Shown: one piece after another, positions 26,017 through 34,588 of the stretch
Position numbering within the stretch: position 1 is the stretch's first letter
How the letters are laid out: the number at the start of each line of letters is the position of its first letter
Assembly: GCA_964580655.1 (NCBI GenBank)
Contig: CAZOMR010000001.1
Coordinates: 1 to 42,457 of the forward strand
Length of the DNA stretch: 42,457 bases
From: an uncultured bacterium
Lineage (GTDB): Bacteria > RBG-13-61-14 > CAZOMR01
Direction of reading: 5' to 3'
Notes under the pieces: model-generated
What the model was told of the DNA's origin: nothing
What the model saw: the letters and a program-made list of their open reading frames with translations, nothing else
Databases searched by the model: none
Translations under genes and position numbers: made by a program

Positions 26017-27233
26017 AGCTGAAGCTACACTGGCAGATTTTCATTGGCATCATCTTCGGGGTACTCCTCGGCGTCGTGATCCATGTTACCGGCGCGGGAT
26101 GGCCCCTTACTCTCTCCAAGCTCGTGGGAGATGTCTTCGTCAGCCTGCTGAGGATGGCCGTGGTTCCCTTGATCCTTGCGAGCATGGTCTCCGGGGTGCT
26201 CAGCACCGGGGACATAAGAAAGCTCGGAAAGATGGGCTTGAAGACCCTGGTTTATTACCTTGCCACCACCGGGCTTGCGGTTCTTGTGGGGATTATAATG
26301 GTCAACCTGATCCGGCCAGGCATCGGTGTAGAAAAGATGGCCGAGGCCCTTCCGGAGGAGGTCGTTCAGGCCGCACCGCCCGGGCCTTCTGAGCTTATCC
26401 TGCGGCTCATTCCCACAAACCCTTTTAAGGCCATGGCCGAGACAGATGTCCTTGGCATCATCTTCTTCGCACTGCTTTTAGGATTTGCACTCGTGGCTGT
26501 TGGAGAGAGGGCTCAGCCGCTGGCCAGATTCTTTGAAGCGCTTACCGCGGTGATGATGCGTATCACGCACTGGATCATGCGCATATCCCCTTTTGGCGTG
26601 GCCGGTCTCATGGCGGAGATGGTGGGTAAGCTCGGACTGGAGCCATTCATTCCGCTTTTGAAATACATGGGAACCGTGATGATCGGACTGGCTTTTCATT
26701 TCCTTGTCACCTTGCCCCTGCTCTTGCTGATCTTTGGCCGGCTTAACCCTTTCTGGCTTATGAAGCAGGGCCTTTCCGCTCTGTTTACAGCATACTCCAC
26801 CGACTCAAGCGCGGCTACCCTTCCGGTGACGATGGCCTGCACAGAGGAAAACGCAGGAATTCCACGCAGGGTGACCAGCTTCGTGCTTCCGCTCGGGGCC
26901 ACTATAAACATGGACGGCACTGCACTCTATGAAGCCGTGGCCGTTATATTTATCGCGCAGGCATGGGGCGTTGCACTTGAGCCGGTCCAGCAGATAATGA
27001 TCTTCATCACCGCCACCCTGGCCGCAATAGGAGCGGCTCCTATACCCTCCGCCGGACTCTTTACAATGATCATAGTCCTTGAGGCCGTGGGACTGCCTAC
27101 AAAGGGCATAGGACTGATCCTCGCGGTTGATCGGATACTTGACATGTTCCGCACAACCACAAATGTCTGGGGCGATATGGTGGGATCAGCTATCATCGCA
27201 AGGACAGAGGGAGCGAAATTCTCAAATGAGTAG
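26013..27233 (+). CDS. dicarboxylate/amino acid:cation symporter (DAACS, GltP-like)
   Basis: 406-aa ORF with an ATGA overlap with recJ. Multi-TM protein. Signatures YSTDSSAATLPVTM and GATINMDGTALYE. Confidence 0.88.
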   Translation: MKLKLHWQIFIGIIFGVLLGVVIHVTGAGWPLTLSKLVGDVFVSLLRMAVVPLILASMVSGVLSTGDIRKLGKMGLKTLVYYLATTGLAVLVGIIMVNLIRPGIGVEKMAEALPEEVVQAAPPGPSELILRLIPTNPFKAMAETDVLGIIFFALLLGFALVAVGERAQPLARFFEALTAVMMRITHWIMRISPFGVAGLMAEMVGKLGLEPFIPLLKYMGTVMIGLAFHFLVTLPLLLLIFGRLNPFWLMKQGLSALFTAYSTDSSAATLPVTMACTEENAGIPRRVTSFVLPLGATINMDGTALYEAVAVIFIAQAWGVALEPVQQIMIFITATLAAIGAAPIPSAGLFTMIIVLEAVGLPTKGIGLILAVDRILDMFRTTTNVWGDMVGSAIIARTEGAKFSNE

Positions 27234-27250
27234 CTGACCCGCCTATTATG

Positions 27251-27283
27251 AAAAACGGGACGGCATATTGCCGCCCCGTTTCA
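27251..27283. terminator. bidirectional intrinsic terminator between the convergent symporter and hsp20 genes
   Basis: 13-bp stem with one mismatch (aaacgggacggca / tgccgccccgttt, 27253-27281) and a tat loop. On the minus strand it is followed by TTTTT; on the plus strand by TTTC. Confidence 0.7.
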
Positions 27284-27299
27284 AATCAGCAATTTGAGA

Positions 27300-27740
27300 T
27301 TAACCCACTTTGACCTTGATCTGCTTCGGCTTTGTCTCTTCCTTCTTGGGAAGGGTTATCCGGAGAACTCCCTTCTCAAACCCAGCCTCGGCCCTGTCAG
27401 CATCAACCGAGGTCGGAAGATTGAATGACCGGACAAAGCTTCCCCAATTGGACTCGACCATGCGATAGTTCTCCCGCTTGTCCTCGCGCTCCAGTTTCTT
27501 CTCGCCCTTGATGGTCAAAACATTGTTCTCGATCTGGACATCAATGTCCTTCTGCTCCATGTCAGGAAGTTCGGCTTTGACAATAACCTGATTCTCATCC
27601 TCCAGGATGTCCACAGCCGGCGACCAGAGAGCCTCACTGCGAGTGGGACGGAGCTTGAAGATGCTTTCCTCAAACAAGCGGTTCATCCTTTCCTGAAGCG
27701 TGTCCATCTCTCTAAAAGGATCCCATCTTACCAGTTCCAT
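27300..27740 (-). CDS. Hsp20/alpha-crystallin small heat-shock protein
   Basis: 146-aa ORF with an AGGAGG RBS. Alpha-crystallin domain motifs: WSPAVDILEDENQVIVKAELPDM, VLTIKGEKK, GSFVRSFNLP, GVLRITLPK. Confidence 0.92.
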   Translation of the reverse strand: MELVRWDPFREMDTLQERMNRLFEESIFKLRPTRSEALWSPAVDILEDENQVIVKAELPDMEQKDIDVQIENNVLTIKGEKKLEREDKRENYRMVESNWGSFVRSFNLPTSVDADRAEAGFEKGVLRITLPKKEETKPKQIKVKVG

Positions 27741-27841
27741 TTCCTTAACCTCCTTTCACTCTTTAAATATGCCGACTCCTGTTTTCACTTAAAAGATAAT
27801 CACTGTATCCCGGGTCGTCAAGGTGTCAGGAATTATTTTTC

Positions 27842-27869
27842 TTGTCACTTTCCTGCTTTATGTTAAAAT
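27842..27869 (+). promoter_or_regulatory. candidate sigma70-type promoter for the CNB-chlI-chlD-cupin unit
   Basis: TTGTCA at 27842-27847, a 16-nt spacer, then TAAAAT at 27864-27869. RBS AAAGGGGG precedes the ATG at 27889. Confidence 0.4.
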
Positions 27870-27888
27870 ATAAAAGGGGGCGATCACG

Positions 27889-28359
27889 ATGAGTCTGGAT
27901 TTCGATTTACTCAAGCATACAGACCTGTTCCAGGATCTATCGAAGGAAGAGCTGGGCAAGATCACTAGTATATCCTTCAGGGAAAAATTCAAGGGCAATG
28001 ATGTCATCTTTGCCGAGGGGGATGAGGGTGAAAAGTTTTACCTGATTTTGAAAGGCGAGGTCCGGATAAGCAAGATAATCTCCGGTGTTGGCGAGGAGGC
28101 CCTTGTTGTGCTCAAGAAGGGGTCTTACTTCGGGGAGATGAGCCTGATTGACAACGAGCCGCGCTCTGCCCATGCCATTGTTAACCGGCCGGCCGAGCTT
28201 TTGGTGATTGACCGCGTGGATTTCCACAAACTCCTGAAGGATGACAAAGAGCTGGCTTATAAGTTGCTCTGGACCTTTGTCAGAACCCTGTCTATGCGCC
28301 TGCGGGAGACGAACGAGAAGATCAAGGGATTTTTTGCTATGACCGGGCCATTTCAATGA
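27889..28359 (+). CDS. stand-alone cyclic-nucleotide-binding domain protein (paralogue of 13439-13948)
   Basis: 156-aa ORF. Phosphate-binding cassette FGEMSLIDNEPRSAHAIV. C-terminal helix TLSMRLRETNEKI. No output domain. Confidence 0.85.
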   Translation: MSLDFDLLKHTDLFQDLSKEELGKITSISFREKFKGNDVIFAEGDEGEKFYLILKGEVRISKIISGVGEEALVVLKKGSYFGEMSLIDNEPRSAHAIVNRPAELLVIDRVDFHKLLKDDKELAYKLLWTFVRTLSMRLRETNEKIKGFFAMTGPFQ

Positions 28360-28426
28360 TGTCTGGATCGGCTTTCAGGGTCTTGAAAAAATACAGGGAA
28401 TTTGACCTGTAATAGAGGTAGTTGCA

Positions 28427-29482
28427 ATGAAGCAAGGAAAGATATTTCCGTTCAGCGCCATTGTTGGGCAGGAGAAGATGAAGTCCGGCCTTGTGCTGAA
28501 TGCGATTAACCCACGGTTATCCGGTGTGCTGATCCGCGGTGAAAAGGGCACGGCAAAGTCCACTGCTGTGCGGGCCCTGGCCGCACTTCTGCCCGAGATC
28601 AAGGTGGCCAAGGACTGTCGCTTCCGTTGTGATCCGGATGTTCCGTCCAGGCTCTGCACCGAATGCCAGGAGCGGCTTAGCAAGAACGGCAAGCTGGAAG
28701 TGTCATACGAGAAGATGCGCGTTATAGACCTTCCCATAAATGCTACCGAGGACAGGGTGGTTGGGACCCTGGACCTGGAGCATGCCATCCAGAAGGGTGA
28801 GAAGAAGTTCGAGCCGGGTATACTTGCGGAGGCAAACAGGGCCATCCTGTATGTGGACGAGGTTAACCTGCTTGATGACCATATCGTGGATGTACTGCTT
28901 GACTCTGCGGCCATGGGGGTAAACACGGTCGAGAGGGAGGGAGTGAGCTATACCCATCCTGCCGAGTTCATACTGGTGGGGACCATGAACCCGGAAGAAG
29001 GGGAGCTACGGCCACAGCTTCTGGACAGGTTCGGACTCTGCGTCAACATTCATACCCTGCGAGACCAGAATCAGCGCGTCCAGATAATCAAGCAGAACGC
29101 GGAATTCGAGGAAGACCCTGAAGGGATGTATAAAAGATGGATGCCTCAGGAGGAAAAGCTGGCCGAGCAGATAGTCAATGCGAAAAAGCTTCTCCCTGAG
29201 GTGAGCATTTCCGACGAGGTTCTTCTTCGTATCGCCAATATCAGCATTGCCCTGAGCGTGGACGGGCACCGCTCTGACCTTGTAATGATGAAGGCGGCCA
29301 AGACCCTGGCCGCTTTCAATGGAAGGCAGGGGGTGACCGACCAGGATGTAGAAGGCTGTATCGAACTTGCGCTCACCCACCGGATGCGCAAGAGGCCCTT
29401 CGAGGATATGGTCATTGATCCGAAGCGAATCGAGGAGTTGATCAACGAGCGTATATCAGAACGCGCATCCTCGCGGTATTAA
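28427..29482 (+). CDS. ChlI/BchI-like AAA+ ATPase (Mg-chelatase I-subunit family) with a Cys4 insertion
   Basis: 351-aa [16 protein letters not shown], Walker [10 protein letters not shown], Walker [30 protein letters not shown]. Insertion [17 protein letters not shown] fits C-x3-C-x8-C-x2-C. Confidence 0.85.
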   Translation: MKQGKIFPFSAIVGQEKMKSGLVLNAINPRLSGVLIRGEKGTAKSTAVRALAALLPEIKVAKDCRFRCDPDVPSRLCTECQERLSKNGKLEVSYEKMRVIDLPINATEDRVVGTLDLEHAIQKGEKKFEPGILAEANRAILYVDEVNLLDDHIVDVLLDSAAMGVNTVEREGVSYTHPAEFILVGTMNPEEGELRPQLLDRFGLCVNIHTLRDQNQRVQIIKQNAEFEEDPEGMYKRWMPQEEKLAEQIVNAKKLLPEVSISDEVLLRIANISIALSVDGHRSDLVMMKAAKTLAAFNGRQGVTDQDVEGCIELALTHRMRKRPFEDMVIDPKRIEELINERISERASSRY

Positions 29483-29485
29483 GGG

Positions 29486-31570
29486 ATGAAGCCTTTACAA
29501 TACAGGCCTCCGGTCTTCCCGTTTACGGCCCTGGTGGGCCAGAATCTACTCAAGAAGTCCCTTGTTCTCAATGCGATAAATCCTCAGCTTTACGGCGTGC
29601 TGATCCGGGGAGACAAGGGCACGGCCAAGTCCACAGCGGTGCGAGGCCTTGCGGCATTGCTTCCTGAGCTCGAAGAGGTCCGCGATTGCCCATTTCACTG
29701 TGACCCTGATGATGTGAGCAGTATGTGTCAGGACTGCAAAGAGAGGACTGAGGCAGGAGAGAATCTCCAGCGTAGTCGCACCCGGGTCAGGGTTGTGGAC
29801 TTGCCTTTGAATGCTACTGAGGACCGGCTTGTGGGAAGTATTGATTTTGAATACGCTCTCAAGACCGGCAGGAAAAGATTCATGCCCGGCATTCTCGCAG
29901 AGGCCAACCGTGGAATCATATATATTGACGAGGTCAACCTACTTGAGGATCACCTGGTGGACATCCTGTTGGATACCGCGGTGACAGGGATAAACCTGGT
30001 GGAGCGAGAGGGTATCAGCTATATTCATCCTTCACGCTACATTCTCATTGCCACCATGAACCCGGAGGAGGGTGATATTCGCCCTCAGTTGCTTGACCGG
30101 TTTGGTCTGTGCGTGGTCACCACCGGCCTGGATGATCCGGGGGCCCGGGTGGAGGTGGCTTTTCGCCGGGAGAAGTTTGATGCGAATCCCGATGCTTACC
30201 TTCTGAGCTGGGCCGAAAAGGAGAAAGGGCTTTGCGAGGAAATCCTGGTTGCGCGGAGGATTTTACCAGAGGTGCAGATCGCGGATGATCAACTGGCCTA
30301 CATCTCGCAGATAGCCACTGCGCACTTCGTCGCAGGGCATCGCGCGGATGTTCTGATGGATAAAACAGCGCGCACGATTGCGGCTCTGGCCGGAAGGCGA
30401 AGGGTTATCAACCGGGACATCGAGGATGCGGCTGAGCTTGTTCTGCTTCACCGGACGCGCGAGCGGGCAGAGGAGCCGGCGGAATCTTCTGTCCCTGCTT
30501 CCGAACCGGAGGGAGATGTCCAGGATGATGATTCCAGACAGGACACGGAGCAATCCAAATTCGGAACCGATGATCAGCAAGAAAGCTCAGACCCTGCATC
30601 GGAGAATGAGAGCGCGGAAGGATCACCCGGATTTCGTTATGCGCAGGCCGTGCCGGGGAATGCCGATGACTTAAGCCCCGGGCCGTCCCGTGGAGGAAGC
30701 GAGCAGGTGTTTAACATCGGGAGTCCGGTTCATGTGCCGATTAATGAAGTGCGGTTTCCACGCGACAGCCTGGAGCGCAGGCGCTCTGGCCGTAGGACCA
30801 GGACTATTACTGACAATAAGACAGGCCGCTATGTTCGCGCCACCATGCAGAGGAAGAATGACGACCTGGCCTTTGATGCCACCTTGAGAGCCGCGGCACC
30901 GTATCAGCGGAGCAGGCCGAAGAGCAATCTTGCCGTGAGTATCCGCGAGCCGGACATCCGGGAAAAGGTCCGGCAGAAGAAGACATCCAACCTGCTTCTC
31001 TTTGTGGTGGATGCTTCCGGCTCCATGGGGACACGGCTTATGAGCGAGACCAAGGGAGCTATCTTTTCGCTCCTGCTTGAGGCATATCAGAAGCGTGACA
31101 GGGTCGGTCTGATAGCCTTCAAGGGAATAGATGCCGCGGTTCTCCTGCCGCCCACTAATTCGATAGAACTTGCCAAAAGACTCCTGGAAGAACTTCCTAC
31201 CGGCGGCAAGACCCCGCTTGGCAAGGGTCTGCTCACCGCGTATCAATTGCTGAAGCTCCAACTAAGAAATGACCCCAATTTACTGCCGATGATGATCGTG
31301 GTCACGGATGGAAGGGCCAATGTAGGTCTTTTCCATGACAAGTTCTACGAGGGCCCTCAGTTCGGCGAAATATACCGCGAGATTTACGAGATATGTGATC
31401 TATTCCAGCAGGAGGGGAGAGTTCATTCTCTGGTCATTGATGCCGAGGAGAAGCGTATGGGAAGCTTTGGCCGATCCAGGAAGCTTGCCGAGGCTCTGGA
31501 TGCAAGGTATTATATCCTGGAGGAACTGGTAAGCGAGGAGATAGTGGAGACCATCAAGGCGGAGAGCTAG
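29486..31570 (+). CDS. ChlD/BchD-like protein: AAA+ module, acidic linker and vWA domain
   Basis: 694-aa ORF. The N-terminal ~330 aa closely resemble the preceding I-like protein ([47 protein letters not shown]). An acidic Ser/Asp/Glu/Pro linker follows ([17 protein letters not shown]). The vWA MIDAS motif is VVDASGSMG. Confidence 0.85.
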   Translation: MKPLQYRPPVFPFTALVGQNLLKKSLVLNAINPQLYGVLIRGDKGTAKSTAVRGLAALLPELEEVRDCPFHCDPDDVSSMCQDCKERTEAGENLQRSRTRVRVVDLPLNATEDRLVGSIDFEYALKTGRKRFMPGILAEANRGIIYIDEVNLLEDHLVDILLDTAVTGINLVEREGISYIHPSRYILIATMNPEEGDIRPQLLDRFGLCVVTTGLDDPGARVEVAFRREKFDANPDAYLLSWAEKEKGLCEEILVARRILPEVQIADDQLAYISQIATAHFVAGHRADVLMDKTARTIAALAGRRRVINRDIEDAAELVLLHRTRERAEEPAESSVPASEPEGDVQDDDSRQDTEQSKFGTDDQQESSDPASENESAEGSPGFRYAQAVPGNADDLSPGPSRGGSEQVFNIGSPVHVPINEVRFPRDSLERRRSGRRTRTITDNKTGRYVRATMQRKNDDLAFDATLRAAAPYQRSRPKSNLAVSIREPDIREKVRQKKTSNLLLFVVDASGSMGTRLMSETKGAIFSLLLEAYQKRDRVGLIAFKGIDAAVLLPPTNSIELAKRLLEELPTGGKTPLGKGLLTAYQLLKLQLRNDPNLLPMMIVVTDGRANVGLFHDKFYEGPQFGEIYREIYEICDLFQQEGRVHSLVIDAEEKRMGSFGRSRKLAEALDARYYILEELVSEEIVETIKAES

Positions 31571-31591
31571 AAGAGAAAAGGGGATAGCAAA

Positions 31592-31936
31592 TTGAAGATT
31601 CTTCCTTATAGAGAGGTGTCCGGGGCCATTGTGGAGGAGCCTGGGGCAGAGGGAGTCAAGCGCAGGGTAGTGATCTCAGAGGATGACGGGGCCAGGAATT
31701 TCATTATGCGGGTATTTGAGGTAGAGGATGGAGGGTTCACGCCCCGACATCAGCATGACTGGGAGCACGAGGTTTTTATCCTGTCCGGGATCGGGGTTGT
31801 GGTTTCCGAGAACGGCGATCACGAGGTCAAGCCCGGGGATGTGATATTCATCCCGCCGAACGAGGATCACCAGTTTAGAAATCCTGGCCCGGGCGTTCTT
31901 GAATTCCTCTGCCTGATCCCGATCAAAGGCGGCTGA
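31592..31936 (+). CDS. small cupin-domain protein
   Basis: 114-aa ORF. TTG start with AAGGGGA 8 nt upstream. Cupin motifs PRHQHDWEHEVFILSG and PGDVIFIPPNEDHQFRNPG. Confidence 0.75.
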   Translation: MKILPYREVSGAIVEEPGAEGVKRRVVISEDDGARNFIMRVFEVEDGGFTPRHQHDWEHEVFILSGIGVVVSENGDHEVKPGDVIFIPPNEDHQFRNPGPGVLEFLCLIPIKGG

Positions 31937-31961
31937 TTTTTTTATATGAGGGGTGTGCCTG

Positions 31962-33341
31962 GTGCAAGAAGAATTCCAGATACTGCTGGTTGATGACGAG
32001 CCGGAGATACTCAGGCTTCTGGAAAAGACCCTGAAGCCTGAGGGGTATCAATTACATTTTGCCTCCACAGGAGGAGAAGCCTTTGAGATTTTCCGACAAG
32101 AGAATGTGGACCTGGTGCTTTTGGACATCCAGCTTCCGGATATGCCCGGGCTGGAAGTCCTGAGGGTCATGAGGGAGAATGATCCCGAGGTGGAGGTGGT
32201 CATTATTACCGGGTATCCCACTATCAATCTAGCGGTGGAATCCATACGGCTTGGGGCTTACGATTTTTTGACCAAGCCGTTCAACCCTATTGCCGTGGTC
32301 CAGATTGCAGTCAGGAAAGCGCTTGAGCGAAGGCAGATTATTCGAGAGAACCAGGAGCTGAGGGGGTGCCTTGAAAAGCAATATCAATTTGAGAACTTTG
32401 TCGGCAGGTCAAAGGCCATGCAGGATATTTTTAAGCTGATCCAGCGGCTTTCACAAAGCGAGAGCACGGTTTTGATTCAGGGGGAAACCGGGACGGGCAA
32501 GGAATTGATCGCCCGGAGCATGCACTTTAATAGTCCGCGAAAGAATAAGCGTTTTATTCCAGTGGACTGCGGAGCCATTCCTGAGAGCTTGATAGAAAGC
32601 GAACTCTTCGGACATGTCCGCGGGGCTTTTACAGGCGCGCATAGGGATAAAAGAGGGCTTTTTCGGGAAGCGGATGGCGGGACCATCCTTCTTGATGAGA
32701 TAGGAGACCTTTCTCTGGCTATGCAGGTGAGACTCTTGCGGGTGCTTCAGGAGCGAGAGGTCCGGCCTGTAGGAGAAGAGAAGGCACAGCCGATTGATGT
32801 GCGGGTGATCTCTGCCACTCACCGTGATCTGGAGGAGAAGGTCAAGTCCGGAGAATTCCGTGAAGACCTGTTTTATCGCCTTAATGTTATTAATATTACT
32901 ATTCCCGCGTTGAGGGACAGGCCGGAGGACATCCCGCTTTTGATTCAACATTTCTTGAGCAAGTATTCAAAGGACATCGGGGAAACCCTGGACATAGAGC
33001 CGGAGGCCATGAAAAGGCTTTGCAACTATTCCTGGCCCGGGAATGTGCGTCAACTGGAACATTGCATTGAACAGATGGTCGTGCTCAGAAGAGGAAATAC
33101 ATTGAGGAGAAGCGACATCCCGAACTCCCTCCTTCCTTCCCCGCACAGAGGGCAACAGCATTATATCCCTGCGGACACGGTTTCTCTAAGAGAGTTTGAG
33201 GGATTGGCTTTGAAAAAGGCCATGGAAAGTTCCCACGGAAATGTAGAGCAGGCCGCCCAGATGCTGGGAATAGCAAAAAGTTCGCTTTATCGCAAACTTA
33301 AGGATCATAATCTCGAGCCCAAAAAATTTCTCAAAAAATAG
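31962..33341 (+). CDS. sigma54-dependent response regulator (NtrC family: REC, AAA+ and Fis-type HTH)
   Basis: The ORF track starts at GTG 31953. The GTG at 31962 has GAGGGG 8 nt upstream. ILLVDDE and LLDIQLPDMPG (REC). GETGTGKE, ESELFGH and the GAFTGA loop (VRGAFTGA). C-terminal AAQMLGIAKSSLYRKLK. Confidence 0.9.
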   Translation: MQEEFQILLVDDEPEILRLLEKTLKPEGYQLHFASTGGEAFEIFRQENVDLVLLDIQLPDMPGLEVLRVMRENDPEVEVVIITGYPTINLAVESIRLGAYDFLTKPFNPIAVVQIAVRKALERRQIIRENQELRGCLEKQYQFENFVGRSKAMQDIFKLIQRLSQSESTVLIQGETGTGKELIARSMHFNSPRKNKRFIPVDCGAIPESLIESELFGHVRGAFTGAHRDKRGLFREADGGTILLDEIGDLSLAMQVRLLRVLQEREVRPVGEEKAQPIDVRVISATHRDLEEKVKSGEFREDLFYRLNVINITIPALRDRPEDIPLLIQHFLSKYSKDIGETLDIEPEAMKRLCNYSWPGNVRQLEHCIEQMVVLRRGNTLRRSDIPNSLLPSPHRGQQHYIPADTVSLREFEGLALKKAMESSHGNVEQAAQMLGIAKSSLYRKLKDHNLEPKKFLKK

Positions 33342-33387
33342 AATTCCTGTTATTGAGAAAAGCCTTCTATCTAATTGATATTAAACA

Positions 33388-33405
33388 AGATATCTTAGAT
33401 TTCCA
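33388..33405 (+). promoter_or_regulatory. distal copy of a repeated site (candidate enhancer/UAS for the sigma54 activator)
   Basis: agatatcttagatttcca shares the core ATATCTT(T)AGATTTC with 33477-33494, about 89 bp away. Confidence 0.35.
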
Positions 33406-33476
33406 GTCTTGTTTTTGGCCTTATTCCCCCGTAGGATAGGGTGTTCAGGTTTTATCCAGCCTTTTTACTTTCAGAA

Positions 33477-33494
33477 AATATCTTTAGATTTCAA
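33477..33494 (+). promoter_or_regulatory. proximal copy of the repeated site (candidate UAS), with a partly palindromic ATCT-tt-AGAT core
   Basis: aatatctttagatttcaa, centred about 45 bp upstream of the -24 element. The adjacent ggtgttatcca echoes ggtgttcaggttttatcca at 33439-33457. Confidence 0.35.
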
Positions 33495-33528
33495 GGTGTT
33501 ATCCATAAAGACATGAGTCTTAAGTTAT

Positions 33529-33543
33529 TGGCTTGAATCTTGC
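33529..33543 (+). promoter_or_regulatory. sigma54 (-24/-12) promoter for the receiver/kinase operon
   Basis: TGGCTTGAATCTTGC matches TGGC-N7-TTGC with the consensus GG-to-GC spacing. It lies directly downstream of the NtrC-type activator gene and about 36-50 nt upstream of the AAGGAG RBS and ATG of the first receiver gene. Confidence 0.6.
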
Positions 33544-33578
33544 GAAATTATATTAAGAAAAAACAAAGGAGATTGATG

Positions 33579-34085
33579 ATGGCTAAGGGCACGATCATGT
33601 TAGTAGATGACGAGGAATATGTAATCAACTCCTTGAGGAGGTCGTTACGCAGAGAGGGGTATCGGATTATAGGCTATGTTGATGCCAAGCAGGCATTGGA
33701 AGACCTCAAGGAGGAGAATGTGGATGTTATCATCTCGGACCAGCGTATGCCGGGGATGTCGGGGATGGATTTTCTAATCGAGGTGCGAAAGAGGCATCCG
33801 GACATAATCCGGATTCTCCTGACCGGGCATGCGGATATGGAGGTGGCCATCTCGGCCATCAATGAGGGCAAGCTCTACCGGTTCCTGACCAAGCCCTGGA
33901 ATGACGAGGAGCTCAAGGTAACGATCCTGAATGCGCTCCGGTTAAGAAATCTGGCTGTTGAGAATAAGAGGCTTCTGGGCAAGGTAAAGGGACAGCAGGA
34001 TTACATCCAGTCCCTTGAGGCGCGCTATCCCGGTATTTCCGAGGTAAAGCGTGATAAGAACGGCACGATTATTCTGGAGGATTGA
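33579..34085 (+). CDS. stand-alone response-regulator receiver protein with a short C-terminal tail
   Basis: The track ORF starts at TTG 33540, inside the sigma54 promoter. AAGGAG at 33567-33572 favours the ATG at 33579 (or 33576). IMLVDDEE, IISDQRMPGMSG, LLTGHAD, YRFLTKPW. Confidence 0.85.
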   Translation: MAKGTIMLVDDEEYVINSLRRSLRREGYRIIGYVDAKQALEDLKEENVDVIISDQRMPGMSGMDFLIEVRKRHPDIIRILLTGHADMEVAISAINEGKLYRFLTKPWNDEELKVTILNALRLRNLAVENKRLLGKVKGQQDYIQSLEARYPGISEVKRDKNGTIILED

Positions 34086-34543
34086 ACTTGGATGACCAGC
34101 AGAGAATTCTGATCCTGGATGATGAGGAATGTATCATCCAGGCTCTGGGAAAGATGCTCCGGAACCAGGGGTATGCCGTAATTGCCTGCCTACATCCGCA
34201 GGAGGCACTAAAGCGCCTGGAAGATAGTGCCATTGACCTGGTTATCTCGGATTTGAGAATGCCGGAGATGACCGGGATAGAGTTCCTGATTCAGGTGAAA
34301 GATATATGCCCGGGCGCGGCCGCAATTCTACTGATTGATCAAGAGGATCGAGAACTGGCCGTGGCCGCGATTAATCAGGGAACAGTTGATTGGTATGTGG
34401 AAAAACCCTGGGACGAGGAGATCATGAGGATAACGGTTGCCTCTACGCTGAGATACCGCCGGATTCTCCTGGAGAATAAAAAACTTCAACAGGTGATAGA
34501 GAAGCAGGGCAGGTATATATCTGCATTAGTCGTTACATCTTGA
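34082..34543 (+). CDS. stand-alone response-regulator receiver protein
   Basis: 153-aa ORF. The TTG start overlaps the upstream stop; an alternative TTG at 34088 lies 7 nt after GGAGG. ILILDDEE, VISDLRMPEMTG, WYVEKPW. Confidence 0.82.
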   Translation: MNLDDQQRILILDDEECIIQALGKMLRNQGYAVIACLHPQEALKRLEDSAIDLVISDLRMPEMTGIEFLIQVKDICPGAAAILLIDQEDRELAVAAINQGTVDWYVEKPWDEEIMRITVASTLRYRRILLENKKLQQVIEKQGRYISALVVTS

Positions 34544-34545
34544 GT

Positions 34546-34572
34546 TTGATCAAGGTTTTCGCTCTTGATCAA
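34546..34572 (+). other. perfect 9-bp intercistronic stem-loop
   Basis: ttgatcaag (34546-34554) pairs with cttgatcaa (34564-34572) across a 9-nt loop. It is followed by AAAAAAGGAGAG, not a U-tract. Confidence 0.5.
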
Positions 34573-34588
34573 AAAAGGAGAGAAAAAG

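Noticed and set aside
27741-27841. Heat-shock-specific promoter or operator (sigma32, sigma54, CIRCE-type inverted repeat) for hsp20
   Set aside because: On the minus strand there is only a weak sigma70-like TTGACG-N17-TATCTT. I saw no GG-N10-GC element, no CCCCAT-type -10 and no long inverted repeat, so no call was made.
28375-31261. Minus-strand ORFs of 183 aa (28375-28926) and 196 aa (30671-31261) within the chlI/chlD-like genes
   Set aside because: Both are antisense shadows of genes with strong AAA+ and vWA motifs. Their translations are Ser/Arg/Pro-rich and carry no motifs.
28427-31570. Reading the ChlI/ChlD-like pair as evidence for (bacterio)chlorophyll synthesis
   Set aside because: The window has no H subunit and no other photosynthesis or tetrapyrrole genes. 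The family also includes cobalt chelatase ATPases and uncharacterised AAA+/vWA pairs, so a functional name beyond the family level is not justified.
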